Assembly: GCA_963674965.2 (NCBI GenBank)
Contig: CAXXFL010000006.1
Location: 1,152,001-1,216,000, forward strand
DNA: 64,000 bases
Direction: 5' to 3'
Source: a bacterium
GTDB lineage: Bacteria > RBG-13-61-14 > DATKZS01
The notes below the pieces were generated by a model, which searched no databases, was not told the origin of the DNA, and was given only the letters and a program-made list of their open reading frames with translations. Positions 1 through 10,231 of the stretch are shown here, piece by piece (the stretch's first letter is position 1; each line of letters begins with the position of its first letter). A program made the position numbers and the translations under genes.

Positions 1-912
1 TCACCGCTCGCTCCGGTCGCGAAAAATATCTATAAGGGAGATTCAAGGTTCGCGTCCATTATTCTAGGCGGCAAGGGAAATGAGCGGGGACGCGATGGGC
101 GGCCCGAGACGATCAGGATGTTTCGGGACAACGGCATTGCCGATCCCGGGCGGCTGACCCTCCAGGAAGTGAGGCTTTGGGAAAGGGACACCCTTAAGCC
201 GAACATTGCCCTGGCCTACGGGATAGAGTATTTCGGCGGCGTCAACGTGGCCCACGCCGCACGCTTCGACGACCTCATGAAGCGGGCGGTGGGCTTTTTC
301 GACCTGCCGGCTTACAACGTGAGGTTCGCCGCGGTTTCCGAGCGGCAACCTTTAGACCTGGATTCGAACGCTCGGGTGATCGAAAGCTACAGGGGAGTAA
401 AGCTTATCGAGTTCAAGCGATACCTGCCCAGGGCCTATTTTATTGGCCGGGCTAGGTCGGTGGAGGAGGAAGAGGAACTTTTCGCGCTGATGAGGAATTT
501 CCAGCCCGAGCGTTTCGTAATATTGGAAACGGGTCCCGGCCTGGAGCCGGTCAAGGAGTCGGCGCCCGGAGCGGAGCCTCTTTTAAGGGACGCCGAGGTA
601 ATTTCGCATGGCGCGAACCGGGTGGTGGTGGAGGTCGATTCTCCGTCCTCCGGCTGGCTGGTGCTTAACGACTCTTATTCTCCGGGCTGGAGCGCCCGGG
701 TCAACGGGGCCTCGGCTCCAATCTATCGCGCGAACGGCCTGGCCCGGGCCGTTCCCGTTCCCTCCGGCGAGGTCAGGGTCGAGTTCTCCTACTTTCCTCC
801 CGGCCTGGCGCTCGGCATGGCGATTACGTCTTTGGCGCTTATCGCGACGCTCGCCTGGTTCGGTCTGGCTGCTATAAGAAGCGGTCGCTTTTGGAAAAAG
901 CCAAGAGCATAA
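1..912 (+). CDS. YfhO-family membrane protein, C-terminal part (5' truncated by window edge)
   Basis: Frame is open from base 1; C-terminal motif GWLVLNDSYSPGWSARVNG..IYRANGLARAVPVPSG..VEFSYFP plus terminal TM helix is typical of YfhO-like proteins. Confidence 0.75.
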   Translation, partial: SPLAPVAKNIYKGDSRFASIILGGKGNERGRDGRPETIRMFRDNGIADPGRLTLQEVRLWERDTLKPNIALAYGIEYFGGVNVAHAARFDDLMKRAVGFFDLPAYNVRFAAVSERQPLDLDSNARVIESYRGVKLIEFKRYLPRAYFIGRARSVEEEEELFALMRNFQPERFVILETGPGLEPVKESAPGAEPLLRDAEVISHGANRVVVEVDSPSSGWLVLNDSYSPGWSARVNGASAPIYRANGLARAVPVPSGEVRVEFSYFPPGLALGMAITSLALIATLAWFGLAAIRSGRFWKKPRA

Positions 913-1075
913 GATTAATTTGACAAATAAAGTACAAGAAAAATTGATATTTGCGATTATTGTCTCCATTTTACAACAGGTATGCCAGCCTATCAGTACG
1001 AACAAACTTTTATTCCTCTAAAATCAACATAATTAATATAATAAATAAAAATAATTAAAATATTCAATTTCAAAC

Positions 1076-1103
1076 TTGACATTTAAGATTTTTGATGTAC
1101 ATT
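1076..1103 (+). promoter_or_regulatory. Candidate sigma70 promoter for the DUF2089 gene pair
   Basis: TTGACA 1076-1081, 16 nt spacer, TACATT 1098-1103, in an AT-rich intergenic region. Confidence 0.4.
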
Positions 1104-1166
1104 AATATTAACTGGCCGGGAAAAAGAATATCCATCCCGGCGCCTGACGGAACTGGAGAAGAAAAA

Positions 1167-1532
1167 ATGCTTGATTGGCAAGAACTTACAAGAATGACGG
1201 GCAATGAGGACATCTATATCGAGCGCGTTCGCGTTCCTTCCAAGGGTATTTCGGTGGAGGGTCAATTCGATCTTCCCCCCCTGGCCAGGCTGACCATGGA
1301 GGACCAGGTGTTCGTGGCGTCCTTTGTCAAATGCCACGGCTCGATCAAAAGGATGGAGAAGCTCTTCGATATCAGCTATCCGACGGTGAAAAACCGTCTG
1401 AACCGGATTGGTGAAAAACTGGATTTCATCGAGGTCGCTCCGGACGAGGAAGGCCCTGACGTCCTGGACCTCCTTGAAAAAGGAGAGCTTACCGCCAAAG
1501 AGGCGATAGAGCGACTGAAAAAAAGGACGTGA
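1167..1532 (+). CDS. DUF2089-family HTH protein
   Basis: FVKCHGSIKRMEKLFDISYPTVKNRL HTH and C-terminal SHOCT-like VLDLLEKGELTAKEAIERL; ATG 1167 follows GGAGA (track start 1092). Confidence 0.75.
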   Translation: MLDWQELTRMTGNEDIYIERVRVPSKGISVEGQFDLPPLARLTMEDQVFVASFVKCHGSIKRMEKLFDISYPTVKNRLNRIGEKLDFIEVAPDEEGPDVLDLLEKGELTAKEAIERLKKRT

Positions 1533-1569
1533 TTAAAATCCATTCAACCGCAAAAAGGAGGTATTGGTC

Positions 1570-2004
1570 ATGGGTGAGGAAAGAAAAAGAATATTGGCCA
1601 TGCTTGGCGAGGGCAAGATCAGCGTGGAAGAGGCGGACGAGCTTTTGAAGGCCCTCGAGGGAGAAACTTCTTCCCCAAGCGCTGACGCTGCGGGCACTTC
1701 ATCGGTCAAGCGCCTGAAACACTTGAAGATTCAGGTGGACCCCGTAAACGGCCACGGCCGTGGCAAAAAGGACCGGGTCAACGTCAAGGTCCCCCTGGCC
1801 CTGATCCGGGCGGGCGTGAAGTTCCATACTATCCTGCCCGATGAAGCCCGGGAGAAAATCGAAACGGTCCTCAGCGAGAAGGGCGTGGGCTTTCGGCTGG
1901 AGGACTTAAACCAGAGCAACGTGGAATCTATCATCGAGGCCCTGGGTGATTTGAGCGTGGACGTGGACACGGAGGACCATCGGGTAAAGATTTTCTGCGA
2001 ATGA
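1570..2004 (+). CDS. SHOCT-like domain protein, usual partner of DUF2089
   Basis: N-terminal EERKRILAMLGEGKISVEEADELLKAL; VNVKVPLALI; AAGGAGG RBS. Confidence 0.7.
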   Translation: MGEERKRILAMLGEGKISVEEADELLKALEGETSSPSADAAGTSSVKRLKHLKIQVDPVNGHGRGKKDRVNVKVPLALIRAGVKFHTILPDEAREKIETVLSEKGVGFRLEDLNQSNVESIIEALGDLSVDVDTEDHRVKIFCE

Positions 2005-2074
2005 AGTTAAGGAGGCGGCGGGGGCTGGAATATTATTAACAATTCGCGGGGGACCCGGCACGATTTCCAGCCGG

Positions 2075-3793
2075 CTAAAAGGACTCCCTCGAGAACTCTT
2101 CATCCTCGAGCACGCGCGCCTGGCCCTCGCCGCCTTGCCGTTCCTCCTCGCCATGTTCCCCGTACCTGTCTTCCATCTGGGTCTCGAGCAGGGCCATGAG
2201 CTTTCCGGCGGCCTGCTTGAGTGACTCCATGGACGTCTCGATTTTCTTGGCCCCGTTCTCGACCTCCCTGGCCTCCTGCTCGACCTCGCGCATGGACGCG
2301 ACCATCTGGTTGGTGGCCGACGACTGCTGACGCGTGATGATGCCGATCTCGGAGGAAGCCCTTCTCGAGGTGTCCACCGTGTCCAGGATGTGCTGGAAAT
2401 ACTCGCCCATGGCCATGACCGATCCCGCGCCTTCCTCGGCGGCCACCTGCTCCTGGTCGGCCAGGGAGACCATCGTGGTGGACGACTTCTGGATGGCCTC
2501 GACCATGGCCTTGATCGACTCGGTGGCCTCGAGGGTCCTTTTGGCCAGGTGCTGGACCTCCTCTGCCACCACGGTGAACCTCTTGCCGTACTCTCCCGCT
2601 CCGGCGGCCTCGATGGTGGCGTTGAGGGAAAGGAGGTTGGTCTGGTCGCTGATTTCCTCGATGATCCCGACCACGCCCCCAATCATCTGGGCCTGCCAGG
2701 CCAGGTCGAGTATCTGGGCCGTTCCCTTCTCGATCTTTTCCTTGATCAGGTTGATGCCGCCCACGGCGTCCTCCATCATATCCCGACCCTGGTTGGCCGC
2801 CTCGTAGGCCTTTTGTACCGCCTCGTTGACCGACGCGGCCGTGTCGGCTATGCGGTTGGCCGTGGAGGATATCTCCTCCGTGGTCGCCACCACCTCCTCG
2901 ACTATCACCGCCTGCTCGGTGGCCCCGGCCGACTGCTCCGTGGCCACCGCCACCAGCTGCTCGGCCGTCTCGGTGAGCATCATGATGGTCTCGGAAATAT
3001 TGTCGATCATCTCCTCGGAGCGCCTTCTCTGCTCCTTGATGCTGACCGCCATCTCGTTGAAGGCGCCGGCGAGTATGCCTATCTCGTCCTCCCTCTCGAC
3101 TCGCACCTCGACGTCGTACTCGCCCTCCCCAATTTTCCTGGCGGCCACGGCCAGCTTCAAGATGGGAGGAAGAATCTTGCGCAGGGTAAAAACCACTATG
3201 CCCGCGCCAAGAACCACCACCAAAAGGGTCATGGCGGCGCCGAGCCTTCGCGAGGTGTCTCGCTGGGCCACCAGATCATCCAGGGAGAAACCCACTCTTA
3301 TCCAGCCGCAAGTGGCCCCTCCCCCCAATACCGCCTTGACGTCCGAAACCATTTCAATGTATCTCGCGCCGCTCGGCGACATGGTATCCCTAGCCGCAAC
3401 GCCATCGTCGGGGAAAGTATCGGGCGGGGTCGGAAAGGACTCCTGGTCCTGGACCATCCGAGCGGAACGCCTGGATAACAATGACTTGCGCTCGTTGTCG
3501 TAAATCACGGCGTAACTTACGGTGGGGTCCTTGAAAAGATCGTCGAAATTCTGGCTGAGCGCCGCCGTGTCTCCGCTGCATACTCCAAATACTATGTCCT
3601 GGCTGAAACCTCCAACCAGCATGTCGCCGTGAATCTTGTAAAGCGACTTGGCCGAACGGAAATGAGACCGGCTGTAATAGCCGATGTAGAAGAACATCAG
3701 GACCCCGAAAACGGCCACAACCAGGAAAAGGGCCATCAGAATCTGATAGCCGAGTTTCCGCTTGAGCCCGTCTAGTATGCCTTGTTTTGCCAA
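2075..3793 (-). CDS. Methyl-accepting chemotaxis protein (2 TM, HAMP, MCP signal domain)
   Basis: HAMP ([15 protein letters not shown]) and hairpin tip [33 protein letters not shown]. Confidence 0.9.
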   Translation of the reverse strand: MAKQGILDGLKRKLGYQILMALFLVVAVFGVLMFFYIGYYSRSHFRSAKSLYKIHGDMLVGGFSQDIVFGVCSGDTAALSQNFDDLFKDPTVSYAVIYDNERKSLLSRRSARMVQDQESFPTPPDTFPDDGVAARDTMSPSGARYIEMVSDVKAVLGGGATCGWIRVGFSLDDLVAQRDTSRRLGAAMTLLVVVLGAGIVVFTLRKILPPILKLAVAARKIGEGEYDVEVRVEREDEIGILAGAFNEMAVSIKEQRRRSEEMIDNISETIMMLTETAEQLVAVATEQSAGATEQAVIVEEVVATTEEISSTANRIADTAASVNEAVQKAYEAANQGRDMMEDAVGGINLIKEKIEKGTAQILDLAWQAQMIGGVVGIIEEISDQTNLLSLNATIEAAGAGEYGKRFTVVAEEVQHLAKRTLEATESIKAMVEAIQKSSTTMVSLADQEQVAAEEGAGSVMAMGEYFQHILDTVDTSRRASSEIGIITRQQSSATNQMVASMREVEQEAREVENGAKKIETSMESLKQAAGKLMALLETQMEDRYGEHGEEERQGGEGQARVLEDEEFSRESF

Positions 3794-4423
3794 GAAACGT
3801 ACCCCGCTTGACGACGCCCCGCCGCCGTCCGCTTAACCCGTTTTAATCGCCGTTTTGAAAAACGATAAAAGGCGGTTGGAACGTCGGACGCCCGGACGCC
3901 CGGACGAAAGGTCCAAATTCGGCGTCGTTCGAATACATGAATGATAGTTAATCGCCCTTGCCAAGTCAAGAAAGGGTAAGGCGGACTTCCCCGTTTTTTC
4001 AAAACTTGGGATGCAAGGCTCGTGGCGGTCTGCAAACAAATCGCGGGCCAAGGCCCGAAGGGCTCTAATATCAGTAGCCGCAAGCGCCAGCCTACGGCTA
4101 CTCGAATTTTCCCCTACCTTCGGGGGGGGGGAGGCGACCGCGTCCGTTTCAGCGGCTTCGGCGACCGGACGCGTGAGGAGACGACGATTGATTTTCACTT
4201 CGCGCGGCGGACATCTTGCCGGATGGAAAAGAGCCAATAGTGAAACGGTTAAAATTGGGAGGAGTTCTGAGCGCGAAACATTGACATCCCTAGGCCTCTA
4301 AATTGTGTGGCCCAAAATTCTTGTTGTTTAATGGGCGCTGATTATGTATTCTTCTCTTGATGGACTCAGCGTAAAGCCTTCCACCTATGAGTCGGGGCTT
4401 TCAGCGGAATAATTTATCGTTTC

Positions 4424-7400
4424 ATGACTTCACCGCCGGCGAGGCGCCGAATGGCCGAGCACGATCAAAAGAGTAACCCCAATTCACCGGGGCGAAAGGG
4501 GACGAGCGGCTTGTCTTCCCCCTTGGGGGAAGGACCGTTTTCCTCGGCCCTGGTTATGGGCGATGAAAGGATAAGTCTCTTCGAGAAGTTTATCGAGAAC
4601 TCGGGGGAGGGCATGGGATGGGCCGACCTTGAGGGCAACATCCGCTACGCCAACGCGGCCCTTTGCCGGATGCTGGGGGAGGACGGCCCCGATTCGGCCC
4701 GGGGCAAGTCCGTGCTGGATTATTACGGGTCCGAGGACGCCGAGGTCCTCGCGAGCGAGATACTTCCCCTGGTGCTCCGCCACGGCTACTGGCAGGGAGA
4801 GTTGAGCCTCGTGTCCAGGACCGGCGAGTCCACGCCCACCAAGCACAGCCTCTTTCTTCTTCGCGACCCAAACGGAGAGCCTCACAGCTTTGCCAACGTT
4901 CTCACTGACCTTACGGAGCGTAAGCTGGCCGAGAGCGAGCTGGCCTCACGCGAGGAGCGCCTCGAGGAATTGGTGGAGGAGAGGGCAAAAAGCCTGAGGA
5001 TCGCCAACGACGAGCTTCGCCTGCAGATTGACGAGCGCGAGAAAGCGGACCGGGCGCGGATGAAGCTCGAGGAGATTCTGGACGCCACGACGGACTTCGT
5101 GGCCATGTCCACGGCCGACGGCAGGGTAACATATATTAACCGGGCGGGCAGGCGGATGCTGGGCCTTGGCGGCGAAGCCTCGGGCCGGACCTTGACCGTA
5201 GCTTCCACGCATCCCGAGTGGGCGGCCCGGACCGTGATCGAGAGGGCCCTGCCGGCGGCGGAGAAACACGGCGTCTGGAGGGGCATTACCGCCTTTCTCA
5301 ACGCCGAGGGCCATGAGATTCCCACCAGCCAGGTGATTATGGTCCATCGCGACGAGGAGGGACGGGTCGAGTTTTTCTCGACCATCGCCCGTGACCTGAC
5401 GGAGCAGAAGAGGTCGGAGGAAAAGCTTCAAAAGAGCGAGTCGACCTTGAAGAGCATCCTCCAGGCGGCTCCCATTGGCATCGGCCTGATGGAGGGCCGG
5501 ACCATGCTCTGGTCCAACGATCAGATGACGAAGTTTATCGGCTACGCCCGGGAAGAGTTCGAGGGCAAGGACACCAGGCTGTTGTATCCCGACGAGGAGG
5601 AATACCAGAGGATAGGAAAGGCCCTGTATTCGAGGATCGACGTCGATGGCGTGGGCCGGGCCGAGGGAAAGATGAGGAGGAAGGACGGGAAGATTTTCGA
5701 CGCCTCGATAAGCGTCACTCCCGTGGACCTGGGGGGCGAAGCCAAACACTTCATCGCCACGGTTATGGACATTACGGAGCGCAAGAACGCCGAGCGCCGC
5801 CTCCGTTTCAAGCGGGAGTTCGAGAAGCTGATCCTCGAGATATCCACCCGTTTCATCAACCTCAGCGTGGAGAAGATCGACGAGTGCATCGGGGAGTCCA
5901 TGGGCGATATCGGGGAGTTCCTGGGGGCCGACCGGGGCCACATGTTTTCCTTTTCCGAGGACGGCGAGGAATTCACTTTGATCTACATGTGGGACTCGGA
6001 GGGCAAGATCAAGATCGAGACTCCTTTCCTGGACATGAAAACGAAGGACCACCCCTGGTGGATAGGTAAACTTCTAAACCGCGAATACGTGGTGATATCC
6101 AGCCCGGATGACGTGCCGGAGGAGGCCGCGGCCGAGCGCGAGGTGGTGAAGGCCAGGGGAACGAGGGCGGCCGTTGACGTGCCCATTATCTACGAGGAAA
6201 AGGTCACCGGCTTTATGGGGTTTTCCTCGGTCACGGCCGATCGCAAATGGACGGGCGACGAGCTTCATCTTCTCACCATGGCGTCCCAGATTTTCGTGAA
6301 CGCCATGAAGAGGAAGGAGGCGGAGCGGGAAAAGCAGAGCATCCAGGCCCAGTTCCTGCAATCGCAGAAGATGGAGTCGATCGGACGCCTGGCTGGCGGC
6401 GTGGCCCATGACTTCAACAACCAGCTCCTGGTAATAAGGAGCGTGGCGGAGATGATTAAAAGGGCCCTGCCCGCCGAGGACCCTCTTCAGAAGAAGGTGG
6501 CCATGCTCGAGAAGGCCTCCCAACAATCGGCCAACCTGACCAAGCAGCTTCTGACTTTCAGCAGACGCCAGGTGATCGAGCCCCGGATACTCAAGCTGGG
6601 AGAGGTGCTGGAGCCGCTCGAGAAGATGCTCGACAGGCTGCTGGGAGACGACGTGAGCCTGGACATCCGGGTCGCGGACGACGAGGGATACGTCAAGGCC
6701 GACCCGACTCAGGTCGAGCAGGTGGTGGTCAACCTGGCGGTCAACGCCAAGGACGCCATGCCGGGCGGCGGCCAGATCGTGATCGAGACCATGAACGTCG
6801 AATTGAGCGGCGACTGGGCGAGGGGCCATCCCGACGCTTTTCCCGGCCCTAGGGTCATGCTGGCGGTGAGCGATAATGGAGAGGGCATCCCCCGTGAATA
6901 TTTGTCCCACATTTTCGAGCCCTTTTTCACCACCAAGGAGATGGGAAAAGGCACCGGACTTGGCCTGGCCACGGTTTACGGCATAGTGAAGCAGTTCGAG
7001 GGCGACGTGCAGGTCTACAGCGAGCCTGGCATAGGCACGACCTTCAAGATATACCTTCCCCGGGTGGACTCGGCCGGGCTCGAGCGCGACGACGCCAAGG
7101 CCGATGAGGCCCATCCTCTTGGTGGCTCGGAGACCGTCCTGGTGGTGGAGGACGAGCCCGCCGTGCGGGGAACGGTGGTGGACGTGCTCGAGATGAACGG
7201 CTACTCGGTCATTGCCGCGGAGAGCGGCGAGGAGGCCCTGCGGATATTCGGGGAGCGCCGTGGAGGTTTCGACATAATCGTCACGGACGTGGTCATGAAG
7301 GGAATGAGCGGCAAGGACCTGGCCACCAGGCTGACGGAGATAGACCCTAACCTTAAGATACTATACATGTCGGGCTATACGGACGACGTGATCGTGCATC

Positions 7401-7495
7401 ACGGCATCCTCGAGCCCGGCATCGAGTACATCCAGAAGCCCTTCCGGATAGCCTCTCTGCTGAAAAAGGTCCGGAACATATTGGACTCCGAGTAA
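4424..7495 (+). CDS. Hybrid sensor histidine kinase (3 PAS, GAF, HisKA, HATPase, receiver)
   Basis: H-box LAGGVAHDFNN, NLAVNAKDAM, FEPFFTTK..GKGTGLGL, receiver IIVTDVVMKGMSG. Confidence 0.93.
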   Translation: MTSPPARRRMAEHDQKSNPNSPGRKGTSGLSSPLGEGPFSSALVMGDERISLFEKFIENSGEGMGWADLEGNIRYANAALCRMLGEDGPDSARGKSVLDYYGSEDAEVLASEILPLVLRHGYWQGELSLVSRTGESTPTKHSLFLLRDPNGEPHSFANVLTDLTERKLAESELASREERLEELVEERAKSLRIANDELRLQIDEREKADRARMKLEEILDATTDFVAMSTADGRVTYINRAGRRMLGLGGEASGRTLTVASTHPEWAARTVIERALPAAEKHGVWRGITAFLNAEGHEIPTSQVIMVHRDEEGRVEFFSTIARDLTEQKRSEEKLQKSESTLKSILQAAPIGIGLMEGRTMLWSNDQMTKFIGYAREEFEGKDTRLLYPDEEEYQRIGKALYSRIDVDGVGRAEGKMRRKDGKIFDASISVTPVDLGGEAKHFIATVMDITERKNAERRLRFKREFEKLILEISTRFINLSVEKIDECIGESMGDIGEFLGADRGHMFSFSEDGEEFTLIYMWDSEGKIKIETPFLDMKTKDHPWWIGKLLNREYVVISSPDDVPEEAAAEREVVKARGTRAAVDVPIIYEEKVTGFMGFSSVTADRKWTGDELHLLTMASQIFVNAMKRKEAEREKQSIQAQFLQSQKMESIGRLAGGVAHDFNNQLLVIRSVAEMIKRALPAEDPLQKKVAMLEKASQQSANLTKQLLTFSRRQVIEPRILKLGEVLEPLEKMLDRLLGDDVSLDIRVADDEGYVKADPTQVEQVVVNLAVNAKDAMPGGGQIVIETMNVELSGDWARGHPDAFPGPRVMLAVSDNGEGIPREYLSHIFEPFFTTKEMGKGTGLGLATVYGIVKQFEGDVQVYSEPGIGTTFKIYLPRVDSAGLERDDAKADEAHPLGGSETVLVVEDEPAVRGTVVDVLEMNGYSVIAAESGEEALRIFGERRGGFDIIVTDVVMKGMSGKDLATRLTEIDPNLKILYMSGYTDDVIVHHGILEPGIEYIQKPFRIASLLKKVRNILDSE

Positions 7496-7502
7496 GCCCC
7501 TT

Positions 7503-8309
7503 TCAATCTATCCAGTCGATCTCCGGCTCGAGCGACCCAAGCCCCCATTCCCCGGCCATGCGCAGGTAGGGAACGTCCCCCGGCTTCTTGCCGGCCAGGC
7601 TCGGCTCGATCTCGCCCAGCATGGAAAGGCCGGCGGCGTCCAGGGCCGCGGCGTCCGTTCCCGCCAGCATGCATCCCAGCCTCGCGGGCCTGCCACCGTG
7701 CCTGACCTCGTTGGTCACGGTCATGGTCTCGATGGCGTCCATAATATAAAGGGCCGGCGGCGTAACCTGGAGGAGCGAGGCGATGGCCGCGTGGATGTCG
7801 CCGCGTCCGAAATGCAGCTTTCCCCGCTGTCCCCTGCCGAGCAGGCCGAAGTGGTTCTTGATGGCGCCGGTCATCATGCATATCTTGTGGGTTTTAAGGA
7901 CGGGAAGCGAGACCATGAAGTCGGCCTTTACCGCCTCGGCGCTTATGGTAAGCTCGACCCCGGAGGGGGCCTTGACCTTTCCCATGGCGCGGCCGTAAAG
8001 GTCTAGAAGGGGTAGCCCATGGCTCTGGCATACGCGGGCCAGGGCGTGGTCCCTGATAGCCTTGCCCGGCCGGATCAGGTCGGCCGCCGCCCCGTCCCCC
8101 ACCAGGAACTTCTTTCCGGCCAGAAGGTGGAGGACGGCGTCCAGCGTCTCGGGATGGGTCGTGGTCGGATAGGGCTCATGGGAGACCACGTTGGGCTTGA
8201 CCAGTATAGTCCCCTCCGGAAGGGAAGGCGCGAAACGCTCGAAAGCGGCCTTGACGAACCCGGCCCGGTCCAGGGACCTCGAGGCTATTATTTGACCCGC
8301 TTTTTCCAT
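7503..8309 (-). CDS. DUF362 domain protein
   Basis: ILVKPNVV, TTHPE, SLPVLKTH, TGAIKNHFG, DAAALDA motifs. Confidence 0.8.
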   Translation of the reverse strand: MEKAGQIIASRSLDRAGFVKAAFERFAPSLPEGTILVKPNVVSHEPYPTTTHPETLDAVLHLLAGKKFLVGDGAAADLIRPGKAIRDHALARVCQSHGLPLLDLYGRAMGKVKAPSGVELTISAEAVKADFMVSLPVLKTHKICMMTGAIKNHFGLLGRGQRGKLHFGRGDIHAAIASLLQVTPPALYIMDAIETMTVTNEVRHGGRPARLGCMLAGTDAAALDAAGLSMLGEIEPSLAGKKPGDVPYLRMAGEWGLGSLEPEIDWID

Positions 8310-8398
8310 GCATTAAGATTGTAGTGCGGGAACAAGACAATTTCATCCGGCGGCCCGACCCCGCGATGAGGAAGGGGCCGGAAAAGAGAGGACGGAAT

Positions 8399-9295
8399 AT
8401 GAAGGTATTCGTGACCGGTGGGACCGGCTTCGTGGGCGGCTTTATTCTGCGGCGTCTTCTGGATGACGGCCATGAGGTCGTCGCCCTGGCGCGGCCCGAC
8501 TCCGAGCGGGGAGTGGCTCATCTGCCCGATGGCGTCCAAACGGCCAGGGCCGACGTCCTGGGTCCCGATCTTTCGGACCAGATGGAGGGCGTGGACGCGG
8601 TCATCCACCTGGTGGGCATAATCAGGGAGTACCCGCGGCGGGGAGTGACCTTCCGGTCGTTGCACGTGGAGGCGACCCAAAACGTGGTCCGCGCCATGGA
8701 GAAGGCGGGCGTAAAAAGGCTCGTTCACATGTCCGCCCTGGGCGCCGGGCCGGAGGGGGCCACGGATTACTTCGCCACCAAGTGGGAGGCGGAAAAGGCC
8801 GTCAAGGAGTCGGGACTCGAGTGGACCGTGATGAAGCCGTCGGTGATCTTCGGGCCTGGGGACGAGTTCGTCAACATGCTGGCCGGACAGGTGAGACTGG
8901 CGCCCGTTGTCCCGGTCATGGGAGACGGCCGATACCAAATGCAGCCCGTCTCGGCGGCGGACGTGGCCGAGGGTTTCGTCAAGAGCCTGTCCATGCCCGA
9001 GAGCGCGGGAAAATCCTTCGAGGTGGGAGGTCCAGACCGGCTGACCTATCTCGAGATCATCGACGCCATCGGCGCGGCCCTGGGCAAGGGACCGAGGCCC
9101 AAGCTGCGTTTTCCCCTCTGGCTCATGGGGCCGATCATCAGGATGATGGGCGGGTTCGATTTCTTCCCCGTCACGGAGGGGCAGCTCAAGATGCTGCTAA
9201 TGAGCAACGTCTGCGATCCCGGCCCATATTTCGAGTTTTTCAATATCTCGCCCAAGCCCTTCCGGCAAGGCATCAGGGAATATCTGGCTCCCTAG
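8399..9295 (+). CDS. NAD-dependent epimerase/dehydratase (NDUFA9-like atypical SDR)
   Basis: MKVFVTGGTGFVG Rossmann motif, VIHLVGII, HMSALGA, YFATKWEAE; start moved to ATG 8399. Confidence 0.85.
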   Translation: MKVFVTGGTGFVGGFILRRLLDDGHEVVALARPDSERGVAHLPDGVQTARADVLGPDLSDQMEGVDAVIHLVGIIREYPRRGVTFRSLHVEATQNVVRAMEKAGVKRLVHMSALGAGPEGATDYFATKWEAEKAVKESGLEWTVMKPSVIFGPGDEFVNMLAGQVRLAPVVPVMGDGRYQMQPVSAADVAEGFVKSLSMPESAGKSFEVGGPDRLTYLEIIDAIGAALGKGPRPKLRFPLWLMGPIIRMMGGFDFFPVTEGQLKMLLMSNVCDPGPYFEFFNISPKPFRQGIREYLAP

Positions 9296-9670
9296 GCGCT
9301 GGACGTTTCGGCCATGGCGCGCAACTTTGATAACGCCCGGCCGACGCTGTCCTGGAGGGGATCCCGGTTTCCTCGTCCCCGCCAGTATTGGAAGTGGACC
9401 TTGCCGGACCGGTCTTTTTCAATCTTATCGGCCTTATGCCGTCCGCGGGTATCGGGTTCCACGACAAGTAACGCGCATGACCGTCCCGTGAGACGCCGCG
9501 GTAAAAAGGGCCTTGACTTACATCATTTGTTACATCCTCGTCGGAAAGGCACGCGCGCTAGTAATTATTGTTATCTTTTCGACTAATGCTGATATAAAGG
9601 GGAATCCAATGGTCGCAGCCTTGAGACGACGCGATTTTCCGCGACAAACTTTTTATTGGAGAGGTATTGC

Positions 9671-10213
9671 ATGGAAAAAATGATTATAAGGGAGGCGCTC
9701 GATACTGACCTCGAGAGCGTACTTTTCACGCATCGCCAGGCCTTTGGCCAGGAGGAGGAAGCCGGTCTGGTTCGGGACCTTCTCGATGACCCCAGCGCGG
9801 CGCCATTCCTCTCGCTCCTGGCTTGCATGGGCGGGCGGCCAATAGGACACGTGCTTTTTACCAGGGCCAGACTCGAGCCGATGGCTCCCCTGTCCGTCTC
9901 GATCCTCGCGCCTCTGGCCGTTATTCCCCAGTTCCAAAGGCAAGGGGTGGGCATAAAACTGACGGAGCATGGCCTGGCGATCCTGACCGAATCCGGAACC
10001 GACCTGGTCTTCGTCCTGGGTCATCCCGAGTACTACCCTCGTTTCGGCTTCGAGCCGGCCGGAAGGCTCGGGTTCGAGGCAACTTTCCCCATCCCCGACA
10101 AAAACGCCGCCGCCTGGATGGTCAAGGCGCTTGGACCCGGCGTCATCGGGAGTTATCAAGGAAGGGTAATCTGCGCCGACAAACTAAACGAGCCCGAGTT
10201 CTGGAAAGAATGA
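9671..10213 (+). CDS. GNAT N-acetyltransferase (YhbS-like)
   Basis: LAPLAVIPQFQRQGVG, VLGHPEYYPRFGF. Confidence 0.85.
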   Translation: MEKMIIREALDTDLESVLFTHRQAFGQEEEAGLVRDLLDDPSAAPFLSLLACMGGRPIGHVLFTRARLEPMAPLSVSILAPLAVIPQFQRQGVGIKLTEHGLAILTESGTDLVFVLGHPEYYPRFGFEPAGRLGFEATFPIPDKNAAAWMVKALGPGVIGSYQGRVICADKLNEPEFWKE

Positions 10214-10231
10214 CTCTCACTCGGTAGAAGG

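Noticed and set aside
3965-4100. GGGATGCAAGGC resembling a c-di-GMP-I riboswitch core
   Set aside because: The GAAA-tetraloop stem and the remaining consensus are absent
4363-4401. Apparent pseudoknot (GACTCA/TGAGTC and AAAGCCTT/GGGGCTTT) in the kinase leader
   Set aside because: Loop lengths make both stems forming together implausible, and it matches no riboswitch consensus I know
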